Assembly (NCBI GenBank): GCA_049317345.1
Contig: JBMOIL010000002.1
Span: 1 to 39,223, forward strand
Length of the DNA: 39,223 bases
DNA from: Candidatus Nanopelagicales bacterium
GTDB taxonomy: Bacteria; Actinomycetota; Actinomycetes; S36-B12
Reading direction: 5' to 3'
In this document: positions 17,021-25,430 of the stretch, piece by piece
Position numbering within the stretch: position 1 is the first letter of the stretch
How the letters are laid out: each line of letters begins with the position of its first letter
Program-made: the position numbers and the translations under genes
The notes under the pieces: model-generated
What the model saw: only the letters and a program-made list of their open reading frames with translations
Told to the model about the DNA's origin: nothing
Databases searched by the model: none

Positions 17021-20000
17021 TCATGCCGCGCCCTCGGGCGGGTCGAGGAGGTCGAGCACCCCTCGCACCCACTCCACCAACTCGGCATCGGATGTCGAAC
17101 CAGCGGGTGGACGCGGCACCAGGATCGTACGGACCGCGGGCTTCAGGAGCGTCCCCGGGTGGAGGCGGGTGAGGCGCAGCTCCCGGGATTCGGGGAGTTC
17201 GACGGGGTGGAAGCGCACCCGCGGACCGGCCATCACGATCTCGCCCACACCCGCGGCGCGAGCGCGCACGCGCAGGCGCGCCACAGCGAGCAGCGTCTCG
17301 ACGGCGGGCGGGGGTGAGCCGTAGCGGTCCACCAGTTCCTCCGAGACGGCGTCGACATCCGCGTCGTTCACCGCCGTCGCGATCCCGCGGTAGGCCTCCA
17401 GTCGCAGCCGCTCCTCGGGCACGTAGTCGTGCGGGATGTGCGCATCGAAGGGCAACTCGATCTTGACTTCGAGTGGGGCAGCGTCGACATCGCCGCGCGC
17501 GTGTGCCAGGGCCTCGCCCACGAGCCGCACGTAAAGGTCGAAGCCCACCTCCGCGATATGACCGCTCTGCTCGCCGCCCAGCAGGTTACCCGCACCGCGG
17601 ATCTCAAGGTCCTTCATGGCAATCCGCATGCCCGACCCCAGGTCGGAGTGCTGCGCGATCGTGGCCAGGCGCTCGTGCGCCGTCTCGGTCAAGGGACGCT
17701 CCGGTGGATAGAGCAGGTAGGCGTAGCCGCGCTCGCGCCCCCGACCGACGCGGCCGCGCAACTGGTGCAGTTGGGCCAGGCCGAGCGCGTCGGCACGGTC
17801 GACGATGAGCGTGTTGGCATTGGGAATATCGATGCCGTTCTCGACGATCGTCGTGGCCACGAGTACGTCGATGCGCCGTTCCCAGAAGTCGAGGACGATG
17901 CGCTCGAGTTCGTGCTCGTTCATCTGCCCGTGGGCCACCGCCACGCGGGCTTCGGGAACAAGGTCGCGAAGGCGCCCGGCGACGCGATCGATCGACTCGA
18001 CCCGATTGTGGATGAAGAAGACCTGGCCGTCTCGGATGAGCTCGCGATGGATCGCGGCGGCCACCTGGCGGTCGTCGTACGGCCCGACGTAGGTAAGCAC
18101 CGGATGCCGCTCCTCCGGCGGCGTCTGGATGGTGGACATCTCGCGGATGCCGGTGAGCGACATCTCGAGGGTGCGCGGGATGGGAGTTGCCGACATGGTG
18201 AGCACGTCGACGGATGTGCGCAGGGCCTTGATGTGCTCCTTGTGCTCCACGCCGAAACGCTGCTCCTCATCGACAATGAGGAGGCCCAGATCCTTGAAAC
18301 GGACCTGGGGGGTGAGCATGCGGTGCGTCCCGATGACGACGTCGACCGTGCCGTCCGCGAGTCCCTCGAGGGTGCGCTTGGCCTCGGCGTCGGTCTGGAA
18401 TCGGGAGAGAGCGGCCACCTTCACGGGGAACGGCGCATAGCGCTCGGTGAAAGTGCGGAAGTGCTGCTGGACCAGCAGGGTCGTGGGCACGAGCACCGCC
18501 ACCTGCTTGCCATCCTGCACGGCCTTGAATGCAGCACGGACCGCGATCTCGGTCTTGCCGTAGCCGACGTCACCGCAGATGACCCGGTCCATGGGCATGG
18601 AGCGCTCCATGTCCGCCTTGACCTCATCGATGCTGGCGAGCTGATCCGGCGTCTCGACGAAGGGGAAGGCGTCCTCGAGTTCGCGCTGCCACGGACTGTC
18701 GGGAGCGAAGCTGTATCCCGGCGTCGCCTGCCGCTTGGCATAGAGGCGCACAAGCTCATCGGCGATCTCACGCACCGCGCGGCGAGCGCGAGCCTTCGTG
18801 CGCTGCCAGTCGGATCCGCCAAGTTTGCTCAGTGCCGGTGCCTCGCCGCCGACGTAGCGCGTCACCTGGTCGAGTTGATCCGTAGGGACGTAGAGACGAT
18901 CGGGTGGCTGACCCCTGCGGGATGCGGCGTACTCGATGACGAGGTACTCACGGGTCGCATCGGCGACGGTGCGCTGGGCCATCTCGACGTAGCGGCCGAC
19001 CCCGTGCTGCTCGTGTACGACGAGGTCACCGGCCACGAGCTGCAGCGGGTCGATGGTGCGACGCCGTCGCGAGGGCATCCGTGCGGCATCGCGCACCGGC
19101 GAGCGCTGCCCGAAGAGATCGGCCTCGGTCACCAGGACGATGCGGCCTTCAGGTGAGGCGAAGCCTCCCTGCCAGCGCGCCGCGGCGACGAGGACACCCT
19201 GCTCCTCCGCTGCGCCGTCGGGCACGTCCTCGCGCCAGGTCGCTGCGATTCCCTCGTCGCGCAGTGAGGTGGCAATGCGTTCCGCGGATCCCGGGCCCTC
19301 GGCCAGGAGGATGACCCGGTCGCCGTCCGCGCGCCATGCACGAATGTCATCAAGCACCTCGGGCAGGCTGCCGCGTCGATCCGGCAGAGGCCGCGCGTCG
19401 ACGACGAGATCGTCACCCTCCTGCGCGAAGGCATCCGTCGTCCACACCGGCCCGCGTGCGCGAGCAGCCGACTCGACCTCCGCGACCGAGCGATAGGCCG
19501 CAGCAGCGAGATCGAGATCCTCCACCGAGAGGGGCGTCGCGGCTCCTGCAGCGGCGCCATGCCAGGACGCTTCCAGGAATTCCTGCGATGTGCGCACCAG
19601 GTCCTCGGCCCGTGAGCGGATCCGCTCGGGGTCGCACAGCAGCATGAGCGACCGTGGCGGCAGCACATCGACAAGGAGTTCCATGCGGTCGACGAGGACG
19701 GGCGCGAAGGCTTCCATCCCATCGACGACGAGCCCCTCGGCCACACGGTCAAGAACTTCGGCGGCCTGCGGATGCGCCGATGCCAACGCCCGGGCACGTG
19801 CACGGACCTCGGTGGTGAGCAGGAGTTCGCGCGCCGGATGCAATGCGACTCGGCCCACATGCTGACGCGACCTCTGATCGGCTACTGAGAAGTCGCGGAT
19901 CTCCTCGACCGTGTCGCCCCAGAGTTCGATGCGGACCGGATGCTCGGCGGTCGTGGGGAAGACATCGAGGATGCCCCCGCGCACGGCGAACTGGCCGCGA

Positions 20001-20527
20001 CGCTCGACGAGATCGACGCGGGAGTACCCGCGCAACACGAGTTCGGCCACCACCGCATCGACATCGATCTCCTCGCCCTCCTCGAGGACCAGCGGCTCGA
20101 GGTCGGCGAGACCGCCGACCAGCGGCTGGAGCACCGATCGCACGGGCGCGCAGACCACCCGCAGGGGATCGCCGGGCTCCGGATGGGCAAGCCTGCGCAG
20201 GATGGAGACACGGCTACCCGTGGTGTCAGCCGCCGGGCTCAGCCGCTCGTGCGGCAGCGTCTCCCACGAGGCGAAGACGACCGCGCTGCCGGGACCGAGT
20301 TGGTCCTCCACGGCATCGGCGATGTCCTCGGCCTCGCGAGCAGTCGCCGTCACAACGAGCACACGACACTCCTCGGGCATCTGCCAGGCGACAGATCCGA
20401 TGAGTGCCGGTCGCACCTCTGGGATAGCCGTGACGTGGACGCCATCCACACCGCGGACAGCACGCTCGACGGCCTCGGCAACGCCGGGGATGCCGCCGAG
20501 TGCCCGCGTGAGGCCCGGGAGCGTCAC
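17021..20527 (-). CDS. mfd: Transcription-repair coupling factor Mfd
   Basis: 1168 aa with superfamily-2 helicase motifs (GDVGYGKTE, DEEQRFG, TATPIPRT, QLHQLRGRVGR) and a CarD-like domain (VVHEQHGVGRY). Confidence 0.98.
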   Translation of the reverse strand: MTLPGLTRALGGIPGVAEAVERAVRGVDGVHVTAIPEVRPALIGSVAWQMPEECRVLVVTATAREAEDIADAVEDQLGPGSAVVFASWETLPHERLSPAADTTGSRVSILRRLAHPEPGDPLRVVCAPVRSVLQPLVGGLADLEPLVLEEGEEIDVDAVVAELVLRGYSRVDLVERRGQFAVRGGILDVFPTTAEHPVRIELWGDTVEEIRDFSVADQRSRQHVGRVALHPARELLLTTEVRARARALASAHPQAAEVLDRVAEGLVVDGMEAFAPVLVDRMELLVDVLPPRSLMLLCDPERIRSRAEDLVRTSQEFLEASWHGAAAGAATPLSVEDLDLAAAAYRSVAEVESAARARGPVWTTDAFAQEGDDLVVDARPLPDRRGSLPEVLDDIRAWRADGDRVILLAEGPGSAERIATSLRDEGIAATWREDVPDGAAEEQGVLVAAARWQGGFASPEGRIVLVTEADLFGQRSPVRDAARMPSRRRRTIDPLQLVAGDLVVHEQHGVGRYVEMAQRTVADATREYLVIEYAASRRGQPPDRLYVPTDQLDQVTRYVGGEAPALSKLGGSDWQRTKARARRAVREIADELVRLYAKRQATPGYSFAPDSPWQRELEDAFPFVETPDQLASIDEVKADMERSMPMDRVICGDVGYGKTEIAVRAAFKAVQDGKQVAVLVPTTLLVQQHFRTFTERYAPFPVKVAALSRFQTDAEAKRTLEGLADGTVDVVIGTHRMLTPQVRFKDLGLLIVDEEQRFGVEHKEHIKALRTSVDVLTMSATPIPRTLEMSLTGIREMSTIQTPPEERHPVLTYVGPYDDRQVAAAIHRELIRDGQVFFIHNRVESIDRVAGRLRDLVPEARVAVAHGQMNEHELERIVLDFWERRIDVLVATTIVENGIDIPNANTLIVDRADALGLAQLHQLRGRVGRGRERGYAYLLYPPERPLTETAHERLATIAQHSDLGSGMRIAMKDLEIRGAGNLLGGEQSGHIAEVGFDLYVRLVGEALAHARGDVDAAPLEVKIELPFDAHIPHDYVPEERLRLEAYRGIATAVNDADVDAVSEELVDRYGSPPPAVETLLAVARLRVRARAAGVGEIVMAGPRVRFHPVELPESRELRLTRLHPGTLLKPAVRTILVPRPPAGSTSDAELVEWVRGVLDLLDPPEGAA

Positions 20528-21363
20528 TCTCCGGATGCGCGCAGCATCCCCGCGCGCAATTGCTCGGCGAAGTCAGGCAGCCCCACAAGGAAGTCGGAGA
20601 CGTAGGGGCGTTCGCGGTTGAAGCTCACCGGGCTGCCGTCGACATGCGACGCCGTGAGGCCGTGGGCGTGTGCGACGGCCAGCGGGGCGGCGACATCCCA
20701 CTCATAGAAGCCCGTGTCATGCACGTAGGCCTCGGCTCGGCCGGAAAGGATCTCATTGACCTTGGCTCCAACGGATCCCACATCGATGACCTCCACCCCG
20801 TGCGCATGACCCTGCTCGCGCAGCCTGGCGTCGAGGGCGGCCACCACGTCGGCGAGCACCGCGGGTGGGCGGGTGCGGGAGGCCACGATGCGCACGGGGC
20901 GATCCTCAGGAAGTCCCCGCACAGCCACGGGCACGTCATCGGAGCGGCGCGCGAGGCCCTGCGCAGGAAGGTCGACGGTGCTGGCGCTGAGTCGGCCACC
21001 GCCCGGAGCCGACGGATCGGCCTGCCACAGCACGATGTGCACAGCGAAGTCGACTCGGCCCTGGCCGTATTCCCACGTGCCATCCAGCGGATCGACGATC
21101 CACACCCGCTCCGCGTTCAGCCGCGCCAGGTCATCTGCGCCCTCCTCGCTGAGGACGCAGTCACTCGGCCGCGCTTCCGCCAGCCTGGCGACGATGAGTT
21201 CGTGGGAGGTGGCATCCGCCTTCTTGCGCAGGGCGTCGGCGGCTTCTCGGTCGTCGACGGGCCCGAAGCCCTCGCGCAGCTCCAGGAGGAGGCGCCCTGC
21301 TTCGGCAGCCACACTCGCGGAGACCTCCATGTCGGTCGCTTGGGCGAGGGGTGTGAGAGTCAT
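20524..21363 (-). CDS. Inositol monophosphatase family protein, CysQ-like 3'(2'),5'-bisphosphate nucleotidase
   Basis: Internal ATG at 21361..21363 is preceded by GGAGGG and gives MTLTPLAQ... Contains SEEG and WIVDPLDGT motifs. There is a GTGA overlap with the mfd start. Confidence 0.8.
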   Translation of the reverse strand: MTLTPLAQATDMEVSASVAAEAGRLLLELREGFGPVDDREAADALRKKADATSHELIVARLAEARPSDCVLSEEGADDLARLNAERVWIVDPLDGTWEYGQGRVDFAVHIVLWQADPSAPGGGRLSASTVDLPAQGLARRSDDVPVAVRGLPEDRPVRIVASRTRPPAVLADVVAALDARLREQGHAHGVEVIDVGSVGAKVNEILSGRAEAYVHDTGFYEWDVAAPLAVAHAHGLTASHVDGSPVSFNRERPYVSDFLVGLPDFAEQLRAGMLRASGE

Positions 21364-21463
21364 GATGTGCCCTCCGGAAGAGACGGATGTGCGGGTCGAG
21401 TCGGGGCGTGCATGTGTATCCGTTCGCGTCAAGCTGGTCCGAGCGGAACCCCTTTGGCTGAAC

Positions 21464-22036
21464 CTATTCGGAGTTGAACCTATTCTGCGCCATGGCAACG
21501 CCGTCTTGGATGACGCACTCGATCGCGTCGTCAGCCCGATCGAGGAGCAGATCGAGCTCATCACGCTGAGTGCCACTGAAGGCCTTGAGGACATAGTCCG
21601 CCGGATCCTGCCGCCCCGGAGGACGGCCGATCCCCATGCGGATACGCACCGTCTCGCCGGTGGCGAGGACCTTGCGAATGCTCCGCAGGCCATTGTGGCC
21701 ACCATCCCCACCCCCCTGCTTCACGCGCAGCGCACCGAAGGGGATGTCGAGTTCGTCGTGAACGACGATCATGCGGTCTACGGGGACATGGAAGTGGTCC
21801 GCCAGCGCCTTCGCGGGTCCACCGGACTCATTCATGTAGGACCTTCCGCGCGCGAGTACGACACGCTGTCCCTGCCAGCGCGCGTCGAAGACGTCGCATC
21901 GCGTGTAGCGGTCGGACTTGAGGCGGCCACCCCATCGCTCGGCCAGGGCCTCGACGGCCATGGCGCCGACGTTGTGCCGCGTCAGCGCATACTCGGGTCC
22001 GGGATTGCCCAGTCCCATGACGAGCCAGGCCTGCAT
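21464..22036 (-). CDS. pth: Peptidyl-tRNA hydrolase
   Basis: 190 aa with GLGNPGPEYALTRHNVG and GHNGLRSI motifs. Confidence 0.95.
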   Translation of the reverse strand: MQAWLVMGLGNPGPEYALTRHNVGAMAVEALAERWGGRLKSDRYTRCDVFDARWQGQRVVLARGRSYMNESGGPAKALADHFHVPVDRMIVVHDELDIPFGALRVKQGGGDGGHNGLRSIRKVLATGETVRIRMGIGRPPGRQDPADYVLKAFSGTQRDELDLLLDRADDAIECVIQDGVAMAQNRFNSE

Positions 22037-22077
22037 GGCGCCGCCTCCATCATCCGCCCGCGCGCGGCGGAAGAGCC

Positions 22078-22539
22078 TCAGGATTCGTCGCCGGACGAGT
22101 CAGCCGACTCGGCCGACTCGGCAGCTGCCGCCGCTGCCTCGATGACCGACTCTTCCGACGGGCCCTTAGGCGCAGGAGCGGAAGCAGCCGCTTCGGCAGC
22201 AGCTGCCGCCTCGGCCACGAGCACCTCCGCTTCCGCCGCACGATCGCGCGCCTCGGAGGCGGTCACGATGATGAGGTCGACGTGCTCGATGGAGCGGCGC
22301 ACCGGGTCGCGCTGCACGTCGCGGGGCTTGGCCAGCATGGTCGTCGAGCCCTGCGCGATCTCGAGGGTCACCTTCGGCTTGCGGAGTGCCTGCTCGAGAT
22401 CGTGGCCGGGGAGTGAAAGGTGCACAAGGTCGGTACCGCTGCCGTAAAGGACGACCGGGATACGGCCGGAACGGCGCAACCGCCGCGCGGCACCCTTACC
22501 GAAGTCGGAGCGAGGCTCTGCCTCCAGGCGGATGTTCAC
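22078..22539 (-). CDS. rplY: 50S ribosomal protein L25: N-terminal L25 domain plus an Ala/Glu/Ser-rich tail
   Basis: GTG at 22537..22539 is preceded by GAGGAGG and gives VNIRLEAEPRSDFGKGAARRLRRSGRIPVVLYG... The C-terminal 55 or so residues are low complexity. Confidence 0.85.
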   Translation of the reverse strand: MNIRLEAEPRSDFGKGAARRLRRSGRIPVVLYGSGTDLVHLSLPGHDLEQALRKPKVTLEIAQGSTTMLAKPRDVQRDPVRRSIEHVDLIIVTASEARDRAAEAEVLVAEAAAAAEAAASAPAPKGPSEESVIEAAAAAAESAESADSSGDES

Positions 22540-22558
22540 GATGCGACCTCCTCGTCCA

Positions 22559-22582
22559 CCGCTGGAGACGGCCTCCGAGCGG
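22559..22582 (-). other. Stem-loop in the rplY 5' leader, just upstream of the Shine-Dalgarno
   Basis: The minus strand reads CCGCTC-GGAG-GCCGT-CTCC-AGCGG: 9 bp with one bulged C. It ends about 19 nt before the GTG. Confidence 0.3.
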
Positions 22583-22705
22583 AGCAGCCACGGCGTGGTG
22601 CGGCCAGCGGCCACGTCGATCACGGTGCACATGAATCACACCCTCGCCGAGGAGCGACCCAACTGTAGCCGAGGCCTCCCCAAGGGGCGGGACCGGGGTA
22701 GCTGG

Positions 22706-23701
22706 TCAGTGCGACATCGGGACGCGCTCGGGCGTCTCGAACATGCTCGTCACGGATCCGTCTGTGAAGACCTCGTAGATCGCCTGCGCGAGAAGGGGCG
22801 CGATGGACAGGATCGTGAGCTTCTCGAACTGGCGATCCGGTGGGATGGGAAGCGTGTTGGTGACGACGACCTCACTGATCCGCGACTCCTGCAGGCGGTG
22901 GGCAGCGGGCTCGCTGAGGATTCCGTGCGTGGCCGCGACGATGACCTCGGCTGCACCGTTGTCGAAGAGCGTGTCCGCGGCCTTCACAATCGTGCCACCC
23001 GTGTCGACCATGTCGTCGACGACGATGCACACACGATCACGGACATCACCCACGACCTCGAGGACCCTCACTTCGTTAGGAGTGTCAGGATCACGTCGCT
23101 TGTGGATGATCGCGAGCGGGGCACCGAGGATGTCGGTCCACTTCTCCGCTACACGGACACGTCCCGCATCAGGGGAGACGACAGTGATCCGATCCAGGTC
23201 GACACGTTTCGCGATGTGGGCCGCGAGGAGCGGCAGCGCGAAGAGATGATCGACCGGTCCGTCGAAGAATCCTTGGATCTGCGAGGTGTGGAGGTCGACG
23301 GCGATGAGACGGTCAGCACCCGCGGCCTTGAAGAGATCGGCCATCAGTCGGGCGGAGATGGGCTCTCTGCCGCGGTGCTTCTTGTCCTGGCGCGCATACC
23401 CGTAGAACGGCGCGATCACGGTGATGCGCTTGGCCGAGGCCCGCTTGAGCGCGTCGACCATGATGAGTTGCTCCATGATCCAGGTGTTGATGGGAGCGGT
23501 GTGGCTTTGCATCACGAAGGCGTCGCAGCCGCGGACCGACTCCTTGAAGCGGACGAAGATCTCGCCATTCGCGAACTCGTAGGCATCCACCGGGCACAGA
23601 TCGGTGCCGAGGTGCGATGCCACCTCCTCGCCGAGGTCGGGGTGGGCCCGCCCCGTGAGGAGGACGAGTCGCTTACTCGGGGGGACGGTCAACTCGGTCA
23701 C
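22706..23701 (-). CDS. prs: Ribose-phosphate pyrophosphokinase
   Basis: 331 aa with [18 protein letters not shown], and the PRPP-binding loop [11 protein letters not shown]. There is a GTGA overlap with the glmU stop. Confidence 0.96.
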   Translation of the reverse strand: MTELTVPPSKRLVLLTGRAHPDLGEEVASHLGTDLCPVDAYEFANGEIFVRFKESVRGCDAFVMQSHTAPINTWIMEQLIMVDALKRASAKRITVIAPFYGYARQDKKHRGREPISARLMADLFKAAGADRLIAVDLHTSQIQGFFDGPVDHLFALPLLAAHIAKRVDLDRITVVSPDAGRVRVAEKWTDILGAPLAIIHKRRDPDTPNEVRVLEVVGDVRDRVCIVVDDMVDTGGTIVKAADTLFDNGAAEVIVAATHGILSEPAAHRLQESRISEVVVTNTLPIPPDRQFEKLTILSIAPLLAQAIYEVFTDGSVTSMFETPERVPMSH

Positions 23702-25158
23702 GATGACTCCTCGCTGGTCGGGGGCTGCACGTGGTCTGCGTCAGCGGCTCGCGCCGATTCGGTGCCGGGGCGCTTGCGCTGCACCCACCCCGGGATAGTG
23801 CGCTGCTGCGCGCGACCGACGGCCATAGCCCCGGCGGGGACGTCCTCGGTGATCACCGAACCCGCGGCCGTGTAGGCGCCATCACCCACCGTCACGGGCG
23901 CTACCAGCATGGTGTCGCTGCCGATGCGCGCATGACGGCCAATCGTGGTGCGGTGCTTCGCCTGCCCGTCGTAATTGACGAAGATCGTGGCTGCGCCGAT
24001 GTTGGTGCCCTCGCCCACCTCTGCGTCGCCCACATAAGACAGGTGGGGGACCTTGGCGCCCTCCCCGAGAGTGGCGTTCTTCATCTCGACGAAGGCTCCC
24101 GCGCGGGAGTGCGGACCCAGTCGGGCACCCGGACGCAGGTAGGTGAAGGGACCCACGCTGGCACCCGCTTCGATCACCGCGAGTTCGGCCCACGTGTGCA
24201 TGAGCGTCGCGCCCTCGCCGACTTCGCACGAGGTCAGGGTCGTGCCGGGTCCGATGCGCGCACCCGAGGAGACGGCTGTCGGCCCGAGCAGCGATGTCTG
24301 CGGAAGGATCATCACGTCGGATGCAAGATCAACGTCGACATCAATCCAGGTCGACTGGGGATCGAGCATGGACACTCCCGCGCGCATCCATCGATCGTTG
24401 ATGCGGTCACGCATCAGGCCAGCCGCTTCGGCCAACTGCACGCGGTCATTGACCCCGAGGATCTCGTGTGGGTCGTCGACGACGAAGCCGGAGACGGGGT
24501 GGCCATCACCGCGGAGGATGCCCACGGCGTCGGTGAGGTATTCCTCGCCCTGGTCATTGGCGGTGGTGAGCCGCTCGAGCACCGGGGCAAGGTGCGCGGG
24601 GTCGAAGGCGTACATGCCGGCATTGATCTCACTGATCGCGAGCACGTCGTCGGAGGCGTCACGATGCTCGACGATCACCTGGACGGAGGCATCGGGACCG
24701 CGCACGACACGACCGTAGCCCGTGGGATCGGGGACTACGGCCGTCAGCAATGTGGCGGCAGCTCCCGTGCGCATCTGCTCGTCGACGAGCGCACGCACGG
24801 TCTCACCGGTGAGCAGCGGGGTGTCGCCACTCAAGACGACGACGGGTGCCGACGAGAGTGCGTGCGCCGATGCGAGGGCAGTGAGTGCGACGCGCACCGC
24901 GTGACCCGTGCCGCGCTGCTCCTCCTGGACGACTGTGTCCACCCAGGGTGCGACTTCCTCCAAGTGCGCAAGCACTGCGTCACGTCCGTGGCCGATGACC
25001 ACGACAACGTGCGAGGGATCGACTGCAGACGCTGCTTCGAGCACGTGCCCGATAAGGGATCGCCCCGCGATGGGGTGCAAGACCTTGGGGGTAGCGGAGC
25101 GCATGCGGGTCCCCTCGCCCGCGGCGAGGACAATGACGATCGGGCCCTGCGACGTCAC
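23698..25158 (-). CDS. glmU: Bifunctional UDP-N-acetylglucosamine pyrophosphorylase / glucosamine-1-phosphate N-acetyltransferase
   Basis: 486 aa with an N-terminal LAAGEGTRM, a left-handed beta-helix hexapeptide repeat region, and an Ala/Pro-rich tail. GTG start at 25156..25158. Confidence 0.96.
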   Translation of the reverse strand: MTSQGPIVIVLAAGEGTRMRSATPKVLHPIAGRSLIGHVLEAASAVDPSHVVVVIGHGRDAVLAHLEEVAPWVDTVVQEEQRGTGHAVRVALTALASAHALSSAPVVVLSGDTPLLTGETVRALVDEQMRTGAAATLLTAVVPDPTGYGRVVRGPDASVQVIVEHRDASDDVLAISEINAGMYAFDPAHLAPVLERLTTANDQGEEYLTDAVGILRGDGHPVSGFVVDDPHEILGVNDRVQLAEAAGLMRDRINDRWMRAGVSMLDPQSTWIDVDVDLASDVMILPQTSLLGPTAVSSGARIGPGTTLTSCEVGEGATLMHTWAELAVIEAGASVGPFTYLRPGARLGPHSRAGAFVEMKNATLGEGAKVPHLSYVGDAEVGEGTNIGAATIFVNYDGQAKHRTTIGRHARIGSDTMLVAPVTVGDGAYTAAGSVITEDVPAGAMAVGRAQQRTIPGWVQRKRPGTESARAADADHVQPPTSEESS

Positions 25159-25182
25159 CGCTCACGGACCTCCACGAGAAGG

Positions 25183-25200
25183 GTTGCCCCGAAGGGCAGC
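25183..25200 (-). terminator. UUCG-capped stem-loop 35 nt downstream of tRNA-Gln
   Basis: The minus strand reads GCTGCCC-TTCG-GGGCAAC (7-bp stem including one G-U pair). The core 12-mer GCCCTTCGGGGC recurs after tRNA-Ala. Confidence 0.4.
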
Positions 25201-25232
25201 AGACGACTGAACCCTATCCCGTGGTGCGGGAG

Positions 25233-25303
25233 CTCCCGGCGAGGGAGTCGAACCCCCATTCAGAGATCCAAAGTCTCTTGTCCTGCCATTAGACGAGCCG
25301 GGA
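25233..25303 (-). tRNA. tRNA-Gln (anticodon UUG)
   Basis: Hand fold of the minus strand:
- acceptor TCCCGGC/GCCGGGA (U1-A72)
- D arm GTCT-AATGGCA-GGAC
- anticodon stem AGAGA/TCTCT with loop CTTTGGA
- T arm GGGGG-TTCGACT-CCCTC
- discriminator G, no encoded CCA. Confidence 0.9.
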
Positions 25304-25306
25304 TCG

Positions 25307-25405
25307 GGATCCCCGGGGGATCCGCCCCGAAGTCTCGCAGGACCCCTAGGCGCCGGTGGCCCTGGACAGGTTACGCAACCGTAGGTTACGGTGGCGTAGG
25401 TTTTA
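25307..25405 (+). promoter_or_regulatory. Candidate operator/promoter region upstream of the desaturase-TetR pair
   Basis: A perfect 17-bp palindrome GGATCCCC-G-GGGGATCC lies at 25307..25323. Three direct repeats with a 15-bp period follow: ACAGGTTACG (25366), GTAGGTTACG (25381) and GTAGGTTTTA (25396). Each contains a TANNNT-like hexamer TAGGTT (the first copy reads CAGGTT). Confidence 0.4.
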
Positions 25406-25430
25406 TCGGGACACGGAATCAGGGGTAGAC

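Noticed and set aside
22098-22120. Tandem GCCGACTCG repeat, checked along with other short GC-rich repeats as a possible CRISPR or VNTR-type array.
   Set aside because: There are only two copies, inside the rplY coding region where they encode the low-complexity AESAESAD tail. Nowhere in the window is there a repeat-spacer organisation.
25301-25325. GGATCCCCGGGGGATCC resembles a BamHI-SmaI-BamHI polylinker, raising the possibility of a cloning scar or engineered insertion.
   Set aside because: No vector-like sequence flanks it. It abuts a native tRNA-Gln 5' end and a native promoter region, and GC-rich palindromes of this kind are plausible in this base composition. I treat it as a possible operator instead.
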